From Elusimicrobia bacterium GWC2_64_44 (GTDB lineage Bacteria > Elusimicrobiota > Elusimicrobia > Elusimicrobiales > UBA9959): a stretch of DNA of 64,000 nt. Location of the stretch: assembly GCA_001799845.1 (NCBI GenBank), contig MGUG01000040.1, positions 5,499 through 69,498 of the forward strand, written 5' to 3'. Made by a program: the position numbers and the translations under genes. Positions 1-7,355 of this stretch are shown piece after piece. The notes beneath the pieces were generated by a model. It made no database searches, was not told the DNA's origin, and saw nothing but the letters and a program-made list of their open reading frames with translations. Positions within the stretch are counted from its first letter, which is position 1, and each line of letters starts with the position of its first letter.

Positions 1-645
1 GAACAGGATCACGCCCCAGCCGTTGACGGTGGCCACCGCCAGCGACGAGCCCCGCAGCAGCGCGATGCCGAAGGAGACGGCCGCCACCATCCAGAACTGG
101 TGGAAGGCCAGCAGCACCGTGTCCGCCTCGGCCTTCACGTATTTGTCGGTCACTATCAGGTGGGCGGAATAAGCCGCGGCCGCCACCAGCGTCAGCGCGT
201 CGCCGATATTGAAGCCGCTGACGCCGCCGGTGAGCAGCCACATCCCGGCGAGGGCCAGCAGCGCGGAGGCGCCCTGCAGCCGGGTGGGCTTCTCCCGGCG
301 GAAGAAATACATGAACACCGGGATGAAGATGATGAACAGGCCCGTGATGAAGCCGGAGTTGGAGGCCGAGGTATAGAGCAGGCCGGTGGTCTGCGTCAGG
401 TAGAGCGTCGCCAGGAAGAGGGAGAGGTAGAAGCCCTCCTTCATGTGCCGCGTCTTGTCCCTGCGCTTGAGCACCCAGGGCAGCAGCAGGCCGGCCGAGA
501 CTATGAAGCGGATGGCTACCATCACCACCGGGTCCACGGCGTCCAGCGCGCCCTTGGTGACTATGAAGGTGGAGCCCCAGATGGCGGCGCAGTAGAAAAG
601 GCCGATATCCGACCAGAGTTTGGCGCGCGGGGCTGGCTTGACCAT
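1..645 (-). CDS. EamA/DMT-family transporter, 3' end cut by window edge
   Basis: Not in ORF track because it runs off the edge. Reverse translation from ATG (645-643) gives MVKPAPRAKLWSDIGLFYCAAIWGSTFIVTKGALDAVDPVVMVAIRF... with serial hydrophobic helices typical of EamA repeats. Track ORF 100..651(+) is its antisense shadow. Confidence 0.7.
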   Translation of the reverse strand, partial: MVKPAPRAKLWSDIGLFYCAAIWGSTFIVTKGALDAVDPVVMVAIRFIVSAGLLLPWVLKRRDKTRHMKEGFYLSLFLATLYLTQTTGLLYTSASNSGFITGLFIIFIPVFMYFFRREKPTRLQGASALLALAGMWLLTGGVSGFNIGDALTLVAAAAYSAHLIVTDKYVKAEADTVLLAFHQFWMVAAVSFGIALLRGSSLAVATVNGWGVILF

Positions 646-652
646 TACTGAA

Positions 653-658
653 ATTATA
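653..658 (-). promoter_or_regulatory. -10 box TATAAT, 7 nt upstream of the EamA ATG (leaderless geometry)
   Basis: Minus strand reads aaagTATAATttcagtaATG; no Shine-Dalgarno. Confidence 0.4.
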
Positions 659-738
659 CTTTGTTTGCCCGCGGGTGTTTCCGGCGCCGCTAATTTTTGT
701 ATAAACTTATGATAGCGGCGCGGACACGGAGCTAAAGC

Positions 739-1440
739 ATGACCCCCGAACAGTTCACCGAAACCTTGAAAACCTCCTGCGGCGGCAACCTTCTGTCCGT
801 AGTGCTCTACGGCTCGGCGGCCGCCGGCGACGGCGTGGAGGGCAAGTCCGACTTCAACGTCATGGCGGTGCTCAAAGAGGCCGGCCTGCCGGAGCTGAAG
901 ACCGTGGCCGCCGCCTCGAAGGACTGGCTGAAGGCCGGCAACCCGCCGCCGCTGCTCTTCTCCCTGGAGCGCCTGCTGGCCTCCGCCGACACCTTCCCCA
1001 TAGAGCTCTCCGACATGAAGGATTTCCACCGGATGCTGTACGGCGAGAACCCGCTGCCCGGCATACAGGTGGAGCCCTCGCATTTGCGCCTGGCGCTGGA
1101 GCGGGAATTCAAGGGCAAGCTCATCCTGCTGCGGGAATCCTATATAGCCTGCGGCGGCGACCGTAAATCCGTGGAGCGGCTGATAGCCGGCTCGCTCTCC
1201 CAGTTCCTGGTGCTGTGCCGCGCGGCGCTGCGCCTGCGCGAAGGCAAAGTGCCGGCCTCCAAGCTGGACTGCGCCGAGCGCCTGAAGGCCCACGCGCAGT
1301 TCGACCCGGCCGTGTTCCGCGAGGCGTACGACCTGCGCCGCGGCGCCCTCAAGAGCGGCGACACCGAGGCGCTGTTCGGCCGCTACCTGGCCGCCATCGA
1401 CGCGCTGTGCGCGGCGCTCGACGGGTGGGCCGCGCGATGA
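739..1440 (+). CDS. nucleotidyltransferase-domain protein with helical C-terminal domain
   Basis: N-terminal LSVVLYGSAAAGDGVEGKSDFNVMAVL matches the G-S...D-x-D pol-beta-type NTase motif; GGAG 8 nt upstream of ATG. Confidence 0.6.
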   Translation: MTPEQFTETLKTSCGGNLLSVVLYGSAAAGDGVEGKSDFNVMAVLKEAGLPELKTVAAASKDWLKAGNPPPLLFSLERLLASADTFPIELSDMKDFHRMLYGENPLPGIQVEPSHLRLALEREFKGKLILLRESYIACGGDRKSVERLIAGSLSQFLVLCRAALRLREGKVPASKLDCAERLKAHAQFDPAVFREAYDLRRGALKSGDTEALFGRYLAAIDALCAALDGWAAR

Positions 1441-1772
1441 GGCGGCTCAGGACTGCCGCTTTCGCCCTGGCGGCCGCCGCGCTGTGGCTGGCCCCGGCGG
1501 CGGCGCAGTTCAATTCCTGGGAAGGCGCGGGCGAGACCGTGGACACCCCGGCTCAGGACTTCCTGAGGCGCCACGGCAAGCTGGTGTTCGGCGGGCTGCC
1601 GGTGGTGATGTTCTTCGTCTATTTCCTGGTGATGGGCCCGGCGGACATGCTCGACGCCGCGCGCAGGACCGCCGCCATGCGGCGCCGCGGCCCGTTCGGC
1701 AACCGGGGCGGCTTCGGCAGCTCCGGCGGCTTCGGCGGGGATCCCACCACCCGCAAGAACCCCTGGCTGTGA
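1437..1772 (+). CDS. small exported/membrane protein with Gly-rich tail
   Basis: ATGA overlap with the upstream stop. MRRLRTAAFALAAAALWLAPAAAQ signal-like N-terminus, one TM segment (LPVVMFFVYFLVMG), GGFGSSGGFGG tail. This is the internal start of track ORF 1215..1772. Confidence 0.45.
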   Translation: MRRLRTAAFALAAAALWLAPAAAQFNSWEGAGETVDTPAQDFLRRHGKLVFGGLPVVMFFVYFLVMGPADMLDAARRTAAMRRRGPFGNRGGFGSSGGFGGDPTTRKNPWL

Positions 1773-1809
1773 CCCGTTCTGCTTTTTAAGTTCACCCACA
1801 AGGAGCCCT

Positions 1810-3045
1810 ATGAAAGACCAGTTACTCAAGAAGATAGAGACCTACGAGAATTACGCCATCGAGCTGCAGCGCGGCCTCACCGCCATCCCGGCGCTGGCCC
1901 CGTCCTCCGGCGGCGACGGCGAGTACGACAAGGCCAAGTGGCTGGAAGGCGAACTGAAGAAGCTGAAGTTCGACTCCATCGAGTGGATCAACGCCCCGCA
2001 GAAGGAAGCCAAGAACGGCATCCGCCCCAATATCATCGCCCGCTACAAGGGCAAAAGCAATAAGAAAACCATCTGGTTCATGGCCCACCTCGACATCGTC
2101 CCCCCCGGCGAGGCCAAGCTGTGGAAGTCAGACCCCTATAAGATGGAAGTGCAGGGCCGCAACCTGGTAGGCCGCGGCGTGGAAGACAACCAGCAGGCCA
2201 TAGCGTCGAGCATGATGGTGGTGAAGGCCATGATGGAGCTGGACTACCGGCCCGAGTACGACATAGCGCTGCTGTTCTGCGCCGACGAGGAGACCGGCTC
2301 CGGCTACGGCGCCGACTACATCTCCGACAACAGGCCCGACATCTTCGGCAAGGAAGACATGTTCTTCGTGCCCGACTCCGGCTGCGAGGACGGCTCGCTG
2401 ATAGAGGTGGCCGAGAAATCCATCATGTGGATGAAGGTCATAACGAAGGGCAAGCAATGCCACGCCAGCCGCCCGTCGCTGGGCATCAACGCCTTCAAGG
2501 CCGCCAGCGAACTGGTAGTGAAGTACCAGGGCCTCTACGAGAAGTTCCCCCACAAGGACGCGCTCTACGAGCCCCCGATCAGCACCTTCGAGCCCACCAA
2601 GAAAGAGGCCAATGTACCGAACGTCAACACCCTGCCCGGAGAGGACGTGTTCTACATGGACTGCCGCGTGATGCCGGTGTACCAGCTCACCGAGGTGAAA
2701 GCCGAGATGCGCCGCCTGGCCGACGAGGTTGAGGCCAAGCACGGCGTGAAGATCTCCTTCGAGCCGCAGCAGGAGGCGCAGGCCGCGCCCCCCACCGACC
2801 CGAACGCGGCCATAGTGGTGGAGCTGAAAAAGGCCATCAAGGAAATACTGAACGTGGAGCCCAAGGCCTACGGCATAGGCGGCGGCACGGTGGCGGCCTT
2901 CTTCCGCAGGCTCAACCTGCCGGTGGTGGTGTATTCCCGCCTCAACGAGACGGCCCACATGCCCAACGAGTCCTGCGTGATAGACCACATGATGGGCGAC
3001 GCCAAGGTGTTCACCGTCACCACGCTGAACCTCTGCGGGAAGTAA
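1810..3045 (+). CDS. M20-family metallopeptidase (ArgE/DapE/ACY1-like)
   Basis: HLDIVPPGE, GRGVEDNQQ and ADEETGS motifs; AAGGAG RBS. Confidence 0.85.
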   Translation: MKDQLLKKIETYENYAIELQRGLTAIPALAPSSGGDGEYDKAKWLEGELKKLKFDSIEWINAPQKEAKNGIRPNIIARYKGKSNKKTIWFMAHLDIVPPGEAKLWKSDPYKMEVQGRNLVGRGVEDNQQAIASSMMVVKAMMELDYRPEYDIALLFCADEETGSGYGADYISDNRPDIFGKEDMFFVPDSGCEDGSLIEVAEKSIMWMKVITKGKQCHASRPSLGINAFKAASELVVKYQGLYEKFPHKDALYEPPISTFEPTKKEANVPNVNTLPGEDVFYMDCRVMPVYQLTEVKAEMRRLADEVEAKHGVKISFEPQQEAQAAPPTDPNAAIVVELKKAIKEILNVEPKAYGIGGGTVAAFFRRLNLPVVVYSRLNETAHMPNESCVIDHMMGDAKVFTVTTLNLCGK

Positions 3046-3066
3046 AGGCTCCCGGGCAAAACTTAA

Positions 3067-3098
3067 AGAGGCGCGGGAATTATCCCGCGCCTCTTTTA
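3067..3098. terminator. rho-independent terminator, bidirectional
   Basis: agaggcgcggg-aattat-cccgcgcctct followed by tttt; lies between convergent genes. Confidence 0.7.
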
Positions 3099-3133
3099 TT
3101 ATCCCCCGCCGATCGGCTTAACTACTACCCGCC

Positions 3134-3643
3134 TTACCAGCTCATGCTTGACGTGCACGGCCTGTCATCGTGGGGAGTCATGCAGACAGCGCCGGAGGGA
3201 GGCGGCTTGGGCAGTGAGTTGTGAATACCATCCACCACATAGTCCACCACAGTATTCAAGTCGTCGGTCCAGCTGGAACCGCCTGCGCCCTTGGTCTGAG
3301 CGGCGACGGCGGTGATCTGCTTTACACTGGAGGCAAGCACCTTCCTGGCAGGCTTCGCGTTGATAAGCTGCTCCGCTGTCTGGCCATAGATGTTGCGTCC
3401 GGGCCCGGCCTTAGTGGAAGCGCCGCTCCCGGAGAGACCGAAGGCAGCGACGGAATTCTGTTTAGCCGCTGCGCCGCTGAAAAACCCGTCGAGGATGCTT
3501 CCCGCCTTGCCGAAATCTTTCTTCATATCCACGGCCGAAATCGCGTCCCCCGCGGAAGAAAGGCCCGCCATCGTATTTTCAGCCGCCAAGGCGGACGAAG
3601 CCGCCGCGAACACCGCTATTAACGCTATCATCACTTTTTTCAT
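3134..3643 (-). CDS. secreted hypothetical protein (Ala/Gly/Ser-rich)
   Basis: Internal start MKKVMIALIAVFAAASSALA (signal peptide) with AAGGGGA RBS; the track ORF start at 3694 is an upstream extension. Confidence 0.6.
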   Translation of the reverse strand: MKKVMIALIAVFAAASSALAAENTMAGLSSAGDAISAVDMKKDFGKAGSILDGFFSGAAAKQNSVAAFGLSGSGASTKAGPGRNIYGQTAEQLINAKPARKVLASSVKQITAVAAQTKGAGGSSWTDDLNTVVDYVVDGIHNSLPKPPPSGAVCMTPHDDRPCTSSMSW

Positions 3644-3688
3644 GATTCTCTTTTCCCCTTTTCTAGTTTTAGCGCCACACCCAATATG

Positions 3689-3705
3689 GAGCATTTTTTA
3701 TGCCA
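3689..3705 (-). promoter_or_regulatory. sigma-54-type -24/-12 promoter (copy 1 of exact 17-mer)
   Basis: Minus strand reads TGGCATAAAAAATGCTC. GG and GC are spaced exactly as in the consensus TGGCACG-N4-TTGCW. Sits 45 nt upstream of the ATG at 3643. Confidence 0.6.
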
Positions 3706-3872
3706 CACATGAAAACCGGCAAAAACCATCCTTCCCGCGCCTTCGGGATAATACCGCGGCCCATAGGGAGCATATCCTTGTTTAGGAATATGTTTCCCCA
3801 TAAAAGGAAAGCTGGCCTTTTGGGAGCCCGCCTTCGCACTGGAGCGGCAATTTATTTTTGGCCGGCGGCGGG

Positions 3873-4934
3873 TTACTCCGCGCCGCGCTCGCCGGAGGCG
3901 GCGAGGCGCAGGTCCTGGCGGTACTGGGCGACGGAGCGGCGCGACAGGTCCACGCCGTGGCGGGCCTTCAGCTCGCCGCGCAGCCCCTCGTCGCTGAGCT
4001 CCGGCTTTTCGGAGGCCAGGACATAGAGCCGCTCCAGGTTGACCTGCTTGGAGGTGGGCAGCAGCACGTCCATGGGCGCCTGCATCCCCCACGGCATCTC
4101 CAGGGATTTGTTGGATACCAGGCGGTTGATCACGCTGGGGTCCACTTCCAGGTTCTTGGCCAGCGTCTTCTGCGACAGCGGCCGGCGGCGGCCGGGCTCG
4201 CCGGTGGCGAGGTACTCGGCCTGCACGCTTATCAAAATTTCCAGCGCGCGGTAGAGAGTGGTCTTGCGCTTGTCGGCGAACTCCACCTTGCGCAGCAGCT
4301 TCTCTATGCGGTCCCGCTCTGCCAGGTCCACCCCCGGCAGCAGCTGGGCCAGCTTGTCGGGGTCCACTTTATAGCGGCCTTTCCAGATCTCGCGGTTGAA
4401 GAAGGCCAGCTCGGGCTCGCCGTCCTTCAGCGTTATCCCGGCGACCGCGCTGTACACGGCGGCGGCGGGCGCCTCGGCCTTGCCCTCGAACTCGGCCTGG
4501 ATGAAGGCCCGGTTGACGAAGTCGCGCAGGCGCTCCGCGTCCTTCACGGAAATGTCGCATTCCTCGGCGCGCTCCACGTCGCTCATGACCGCGTCTTTCA
4601 GGAAGCAGGCCTCGAACTTCTCCTGGCCCACGCCCTGGATCAGCGCCACCAGGTCTCCGGAACCGTCGGCCAGCTCGGGCAGGTCGCCGCCGGAGAGCTT
4701 GAGCCCGTAACCGGCGTACTTGCGCGCGGCGTAGCGGGCGGACGGGAACTCGCTCAGGGTCAGCGCGCCGGAAGTCTTGAGCAGGTCGAAGACCCGCCCG
4801 CTTTCCAGCTCCTTGAGCGTCTTCGCGAATTCCTCTTCGCTCATGGCCGCCATCTGCGCCATCTTCAGCGCGCCCAGCACGGACGCTGAAGTCCTGGCGC
4901 CGGCCCCCGCGTTAAGTTTAAAGCCGTGTTTCAT
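3873..4934 (-). CDS. rpoN: RpoN (sigma-54) family protein, unusually short (353 aa), atypical region I
   Basis: C-terminal SRRSVAQYRQDL resembles the RpoN box ARRTVAKYR. PLSQKTLAKNLEVDPSVINRLVSNKSLEMPWG parallels the sigma-54 HTH region. KRKTTLYRALEILISVQAEYL parallels the conserved R-x-x-TL...Q..F segment. Confidence 0.65.
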   Translation of the reverse strand: MKHGFKLNAGAGARTSASVLGALKMAQMAAMSEEEFAKTLKELESGRVFDLLKTSGALTLSEFPSARYAARKYAGYGLKLSGGDLPELADGSGDLVALIQGVGQEKFEACFLKDAVMSDVERAEECDISVKDAERLRDFVNRAFIQAEFEGKAEAPAAAVYSAVAGITLKDGEPELAFFNREIWKGRYKVDPDKLAQLLPGVDLAERDRIEKLLRKVEFADKRKTTLYRALEILISVQAEYLATGEPGRRRPLSQKTLAKNLEVDPSVINRLVSNKSLEMPWGMQAPMDVLLPTSKQVNLERLYVLASEKPELSDEGLRGELKARHGVDLSRRSVAQYRQDLRLAASGERGAE

Positions 4935-4975
4935 AATGAGATCCTTTTAACAAATCCCGCCTACCGCCTATAATA

Positions 4976-4992
4976 GAACAATTTTTATGCCA
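4976..4992 (-). promoter_or_regulatory. degenerate -24/-12-like element upstream of the rpoN-like gene
   Basis: Minus strand reads TGGCATAAAAATTGTTC. GG to TTG spacing is correct, but the -12 reads TTGT, not TTGC. Sits 41 nt upstream of the ATG at 4934. Confidence 0.4.
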
Positions 4993-5037
4993 CGACAAGC
5001 GGCGTACGCCCCGGCGCGCGGAGCCGGCCCCAACTTC

Positions 5038-5045
5038 TGTATAAT
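5038..5045 (+). promoter_or_regulatory. extended -10 (TGTATAAT) for the bEBP gene
   Basis: The TGTATAAT motif recurs upstream of several genes in this window. Confidence 0.4.
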
Positions 5046-5100
5046 AGGGAACGGGGTTAAATCTTTTCATTTGAAAATATAGTTTCTCAGCGGAGAACTT

Positions 5101-6441
5101 ATGGATAAACTCAATATCTTCGTGCTGGAAGACGATAAACTGGCCCAGAAGGTGATGTGCGCGCACCTGGCGGCCCATTGCGTGGACCTGGCCTCCGACC
5201 TGAAGACCGCGCTGAAAAAGCTGGAGACGGGCAAGTACGACATCGGCTTCTTCGACCTGCTGCTCGGCCCCGGCGACGACTATTCCGGCCTGAAAGCCAT
5301 AGAGGCGGCGGCGGCGCGGGGCATACACTGCGTGGTGGTCTCCAGCTCCGACTCCGACGAGACCATAGACCGCGCCTACGCGCTGGGCGCCTCCGACTTC
5401 TACGCCAAGGGCAACGAGGAGGCCAACGTCGGCGAGATCCTGCGCAAGTTCGTGCAGAACCGCAAGGCCGCGGCCGCCACGGACATCTTCGCCTCCGCCT
5501 TCATCACCTGCGACCCCGAGACGCGGGCGATGGCGGCCGAAGCGCTGAAATACGCGCCGACCGAACTGCCCATCCTGGTGCTCGGCCCCTCCGGCACCGG
5601 CAAGACCTCGCTTGCGAAGATCCTGCACGAGCATTCCGGCCGCGACGGCGCCTTCGTCTCCATCAACTGCTCGGCCTACACCGAGGACCTGCTGGAGGCC
5701 GAGCTGTTCGGCTACCGCAAGGGCGCCTTCACCGGCGCGGCCGAGACCCGCAAGGGCCGCCTGCTCGAGGCGCACCGCGGCACGCTGTTCCTCGACGAGA
5801 TAGGCACGATGAGCCTGAACATGCAGATGAAGCTGCTGAAGGCCATAGAGGAGCGCTCGTTCTACCCGCTGGGCTCGGAGCGGCCGGAGCGCTCCGAATT
5901 CCGCATCATCAGCGCCACGCTGGAGGACCCGCAGGCCCTGATAGCCAGCGGCAGGATGCGCTTTGACCTGTTCCAGCGCGTGCACGGCTACACCATCAAC
6001 CTCAAGCCGCTGTCGCGCCGGCCCTGCGACCTCGCCCCGCTGCTGCTGCACTTCACCAAGGGCAGGCGCCGCCTGTCCTTCTCGCCCGAGGCGAAGGAGT
6101 TTATGGAGAGCTACGCCTGGCCCGGCAACGTGCGCGAGCTCAAGAAATTCACGGACCTGGTCTCGGGCGGCGCGGCGGGCCGCGTGGACCTGGAAATGGC
6201 CAGGAAACACCTGAAGGGGACCGAGGGGCCGCGGCCAGCGGCGCAGGACGGCGAGCTGTACGCCTACGCCCTGGCCCACGGCCTTGAGGCGGCGCTGGAA
6301 AAAGTTTCGGGGGATATAGTAGCGCGCAGCCTGCGCGAGAACGGCGGCAAGAAGACCAGGACGATGACCGACCTGAAGATCTCCACCCGCCTGCTTTACG
6401 CCACGCTGAAAAAACTGGGACTTGATACGGAGGGCAAATGA
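5101..6441 (+). CDS. sigma-54-dependent response regulator (REC + AAA+ + Fis-type HTH; NtrC class bEBP)
   Basis: REC domain with FFDLLL Asp, Walker [15 protein letters not shown] loop (YRKGAFTGA), C-terminal HTH. Confidence 0.9.
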   Translation: MDKLNIFVLEDDKLAQKVMCAHLAAHCVDLASDLKTALKKLETGKYDIGFFDLLLGPGDDYSGLKAIEAAAARGIHCVVVSSSDSDETIDRAYALGASDFYAKGNEEANVGEILRKFVQNRKAAAATDIFASAFITCDPETRAMAAEALKYAPTELPILVLGPSGTGKTSLAKILHEHSGRDGAFVSINCSAYTEDLLEAELFGYRKGAFTGAAETRKGRLLEAHRGTLFLDEIGTMSLNMQMKLLKAIEERSFYPLGSERPERSEFRIISATLEDPQALIASGRMRFDLFQRVHGYTINLKPLSRRPCDLAPLLLHFTKGRRRLSFSPEAKEFMESYAWPGNVRELKKFTDLVSGGAAGRVDLEMARKHLKGTEGPRPAAQDGELYAYALAHGLEAALEKVSGDIVARSLRENGGKKTRTMTDLKISTRLLYATLKKLGLDTEGK

Positions 6442-6617
6442 CCGGTACCGACCACAGCAAACTCCTGCACGACCTGCGCTCTAAATGCTCCAGCCTTAAG
6501 AGCGCCGCCGAGCTTTACAAAGACTGCTCTCCGGCCGAGAAGAAAGAGATGCTGGCGCTGATGAACGCCGCCGCCGCAGAGATAACCCGGCTCCTTTCCT
6601 CCCTGGCCGCGGCCTGA
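6438..6617 (+). CDS. small ORF (59 aa) with H-box/DHp-like helical hairpin
   Basis: Below the track size cutoff. ATGA overlap with the bEBP stop, GGAGGG RBS, GC-rich third positions. Translation: [59 protein letters not shown]. Confidence 0.45.
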   Translation: MTGTDHSKLLHDLRSKCSSLKSAAELYKDCSPAEKKEMLALMNAAAAEITRLLSSLAAA

Positions 6618-6625
6618 CGGCCCGC

Positions 6626-7177
6626 TCACACCACCAGCAGCATCGCGCCCGCCGGGAACAGCAGTATCAGGCCCACCACTATCGCTATCCCCAGCAGGCC
6701 GGCCATGCAGGCGCCGAACAAGGTGCCTTCGGCTTCGTCCTGCGAGTACTCCTGGGCCGAAGCGCCGGCCTCGGCCGCCTCCCCCTCTACCGCCTCGGCC
6801 TTGATCTCTTCGCCTTTAGCCTCCGCCGCTACCCCCAGCTCATCGGACGCCGACTTGGAAAACCCGGCCCTGGCGGGAAGCTCCGGCATGGGAGCCGCTT
6901 TCAGCCCCGCGGCGCGGGGCGCGGCAGCGCGGGCGGGTTCGTAAACCGCCGCTCCGGAAAATCTCACGGGCTCCGCCGACGCGGCGGCAGCTTCGCCGCC
7001 GAACAGGCCAGCCAGCAGGGCCTCCGCCCCGGCCGTATCCCCGGAATCGGCCGCGTAAGCTATGCCGGCGGCCGCCGCTTCAAGACCGGCCGGCAGAGCA
7101 GCATGGGCCGCGCCGCCCGCCAATACCGGGCCCAGGGCCAGGACCGCCGCAAATACCGCTTTTATCTCTATCTTCAT
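6626..7177 (-). CDS. Ala-rich exported protein with C-terminal hydrophobic anchor
   Basis: Signal-like MKIEIKAVFAAVLALGPVLAGGAAHA; C-terminal LLGIAIVVGLILLFPAGAMLLVV. Confidence 0.6.
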   Translation of the reverse strand: MKIEIKAVFAAVLALGPVLAGGAAHAALPAGLEAAAAGIAYAADSGDTAGAEALLAGLFGGEAAAASAEPVRFSGAAVYEPARAAAPRAAGLKAAPMPELPARAGFSKSASDELGVAAEAKGEEIKAEAVEGEAAEAGASAQEYSQDEAEGTLFGACMAGLLGIAIVVGLILLFPAGAMLLVV

Positions 7178-7253
7178 GTTTTAGTGTTCCTTTTCTCTAA
7201 ATCCGGAGCGGGCCGCCCTACCCCATCACTTCGGCCCGCTCACGACCAATACA

Positions 7254-7270
7254 GAGCATTTTTTATGCCA
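7254..7270 (-). promoter_or_regulatory. sigma-54-type -24/-12 promoter (copy 2 of exact 17-mer)
   Basis: Minus strand reads TGGCATAAAAAATGCTC, 76 nt upstream of the ATG at 7177. Confidence 0.6.
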
Positions 7271-7313
7271 GCGGCTAAGCTGGCACGGCGCCGCCCCTTT
7301 GAGGAGGTCTTTA

Positions 7314-7321
7314 TGTATAAT
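7314..7321 (+). promoter_or_regulatory. extended -10 (TGTATAAT) for the M16 peptidase operon
   Basis: Located 35 nt upstream of the ATG at 7356. Confidence 0.4.
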
Positions 7322-7355
7322 ATTCTGCGGCTACCCGCTTTTTATGGAGGACATA

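Noticed and set aside
100-651. Track ORF 100..651(+), 183 aa.
   Set aside because: It is the antisense shadow of the EamA-type transporter gene, which reads cleanly on the minus strand from ATG 645 to the window edge. The product is Arg/Gly/Gln-rich and has a GTG start with no RBS.
3858-6279. Long ORFs 3858..4889(+) and 4918..6279(-) overlapping the rpoN-like and bEBP genes.
   Set aside because: They lie opposite genes with clear family motifs (RpoN box, GAFTGA). Their translations are low-complexity, as expected in GC-rich DNA.
7281-7296. Perfect -24 element TGGCACG on the plus strand upstream of the M16 peptidase gene.
   Set aside because: The nearest downstream GC is one position too close (TGGCACGGCGCCGCC) and no TTGC is present. 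Sigma-54 spacing is strict, and a TGTATAAT sigma-70-type box follows at 7314.
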